The position numbers and the translations under genes were made by a program. From Steroidobacteraceae bacterium (lineage in GTDB: Bacteria; Pseudomonadota; Gammaproteobacteria; Steroidobacterales; Steroidobacteraceae): a stretch of 64,000 nucleotides of DNA. Below, piece by piece: positions 63,503-64,000 of this stretch. The notes beneath the pieces were generated by a model. That model did not search any database. It was given only the letters and a program-made list of their open reading frames with translations, and had not been told where the DNA came from. The stretch covers positions 2,169 through 66,168 of the forward strand of contig JBEKSM010000032.1 of assembly GCA_049517075.1 (NCBI GenBank). Direction: 5' to 3'. Numbering within the stretch: the stretch's first letter is position 1; the number at the start of each line of letters is the position of its first letter.

Positions 63503-64000
63503 TGGATCAAATCGAGCAAGTCGCGGTCTCGAAACGGTGAACACAGAATTCGACGCGTGTATCTTCCAGGCGACTTGCAAAATTGCGGTCCAGCAAGCGG
63601 AGGATCTCACCTTCGGTTTCCTAGGCGCTGCCGAGGAGGAGGAGGCGGCGCTGATCGAATTGGTGCAGCTCGGATATTCGGGCGCTGGGTACGGCGACAC
63701 GTGGTCGCGCGTCCGGCGCGCGCATCAGAAGGGTCCCGATCGCTAGAACCGGTTCAGGTGCCGCCGGTCCTGGACTGCCAGGCAATTCAAGCATCCTAGT
63801 CGATGCACGATGGGTCGCTCCGAACGCCCCGGAGCCGCTGGCGGCGAAGCAGGGATCTCGTCCAATTCTATTGCCGCCTTGACTATAGTTATACAATGCC
63901 GTGGCCGGTCGGTTCGGCGACGCCTTTGATTCCGGTATCCGCACTCATAGGTGGAGGGTGCATGACCCGATATTTCGATCCAGTCACCAACAAGCCGGTC

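Noticed and set aside
63503-64000. Overlapping 80-107-aa ORFs on both strands after the S8 protease gene, and an ATG at 63962 preceded by GGAGGG
   Set aside because: None of the ORFs has recognisable motifs or convincing composition. The possible gene starting at 63962 shows only 13 codons (MTRYFDPVTNKPV) before the window ends, too little to call.
1-64000. Scan for CRISPR arrays, tRNA/rRNA genes, IS elements/transposases, integrases and long direct or inverted DNA repeats
   Set aside because: I recognised none by eye. Short repeats below about 15 nt or diverged elements could easily be missed without computational tools.

Overview
By eye this is a high-GC, Gram-negative-type chromosomal segment (lipoboxes, a Tat signal, MlaA, an OmpA-like domain, hopanoid Hpn genes). 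I support about 55 protein-coding genes. I recognised no rRNA, tRNA, CRISPR array, transposase or integrase.

Gene content, left to right:
- A MerR regulator (partial) divergent from a secreted methyltransferase.
- A giant MshQ-like secreted protein.
- An orphan PAS/HisKA_3 sensor kinase with degenerate ATPase motifs.
- Two ArsR-SRPBCC modules, the second collapsed by a deletion.
- Hydrolases, a redoxin, CsbD and transketolase, then a few small orphan genes.
- A very tightly packed 9-gene polyamine-type operon: AdoMet decarboxylase, polytopic membrane protein, Tat-exported FAD oxidoreductase, membrane-anchored spermidine-synthase-like enzyme, DUF350, a micro-ORF I add, and two DUF4178 zinc-ribbon proteins.
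- Cytidine deaminase translationally coupled to a 3-TM protein whose layout recalls Pycsar-type (PycTM/DUF5706) membrane effectors, followed by a methyltransferase.
- A hopanoid modification and transport block (hpnJ-hpnI-hpnL, hpnM, hpnN, MlaA/VacJ).
- More accessory-looking material: a 4-gene operon (mini membrane protein, unknown, Asp-box propeller + 3 Ig-like repeats + Cys-rich tail, OmpA-like protein), a duplicated-domain secreted protein with a GH95-like hydrolase, and an MMPL transporter with a DUF3617-like protein.
- A protease- and TPR-rich island at about 49.6-63.5 kb.

My top candidate for an undescribed system is the minus-strand operon at 52035-57066. It encodes a wHTH-Ser/Thr kinase-TPR sensor, a SPASM/twitch radical SAM enzyme, a lysine-rich 106-aa protein and a caspase-like C14 peptidase.

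All family calls come from motif recognition by eye. No searches or computations were run, and start codons are often my own choice within the supplied ORFs.
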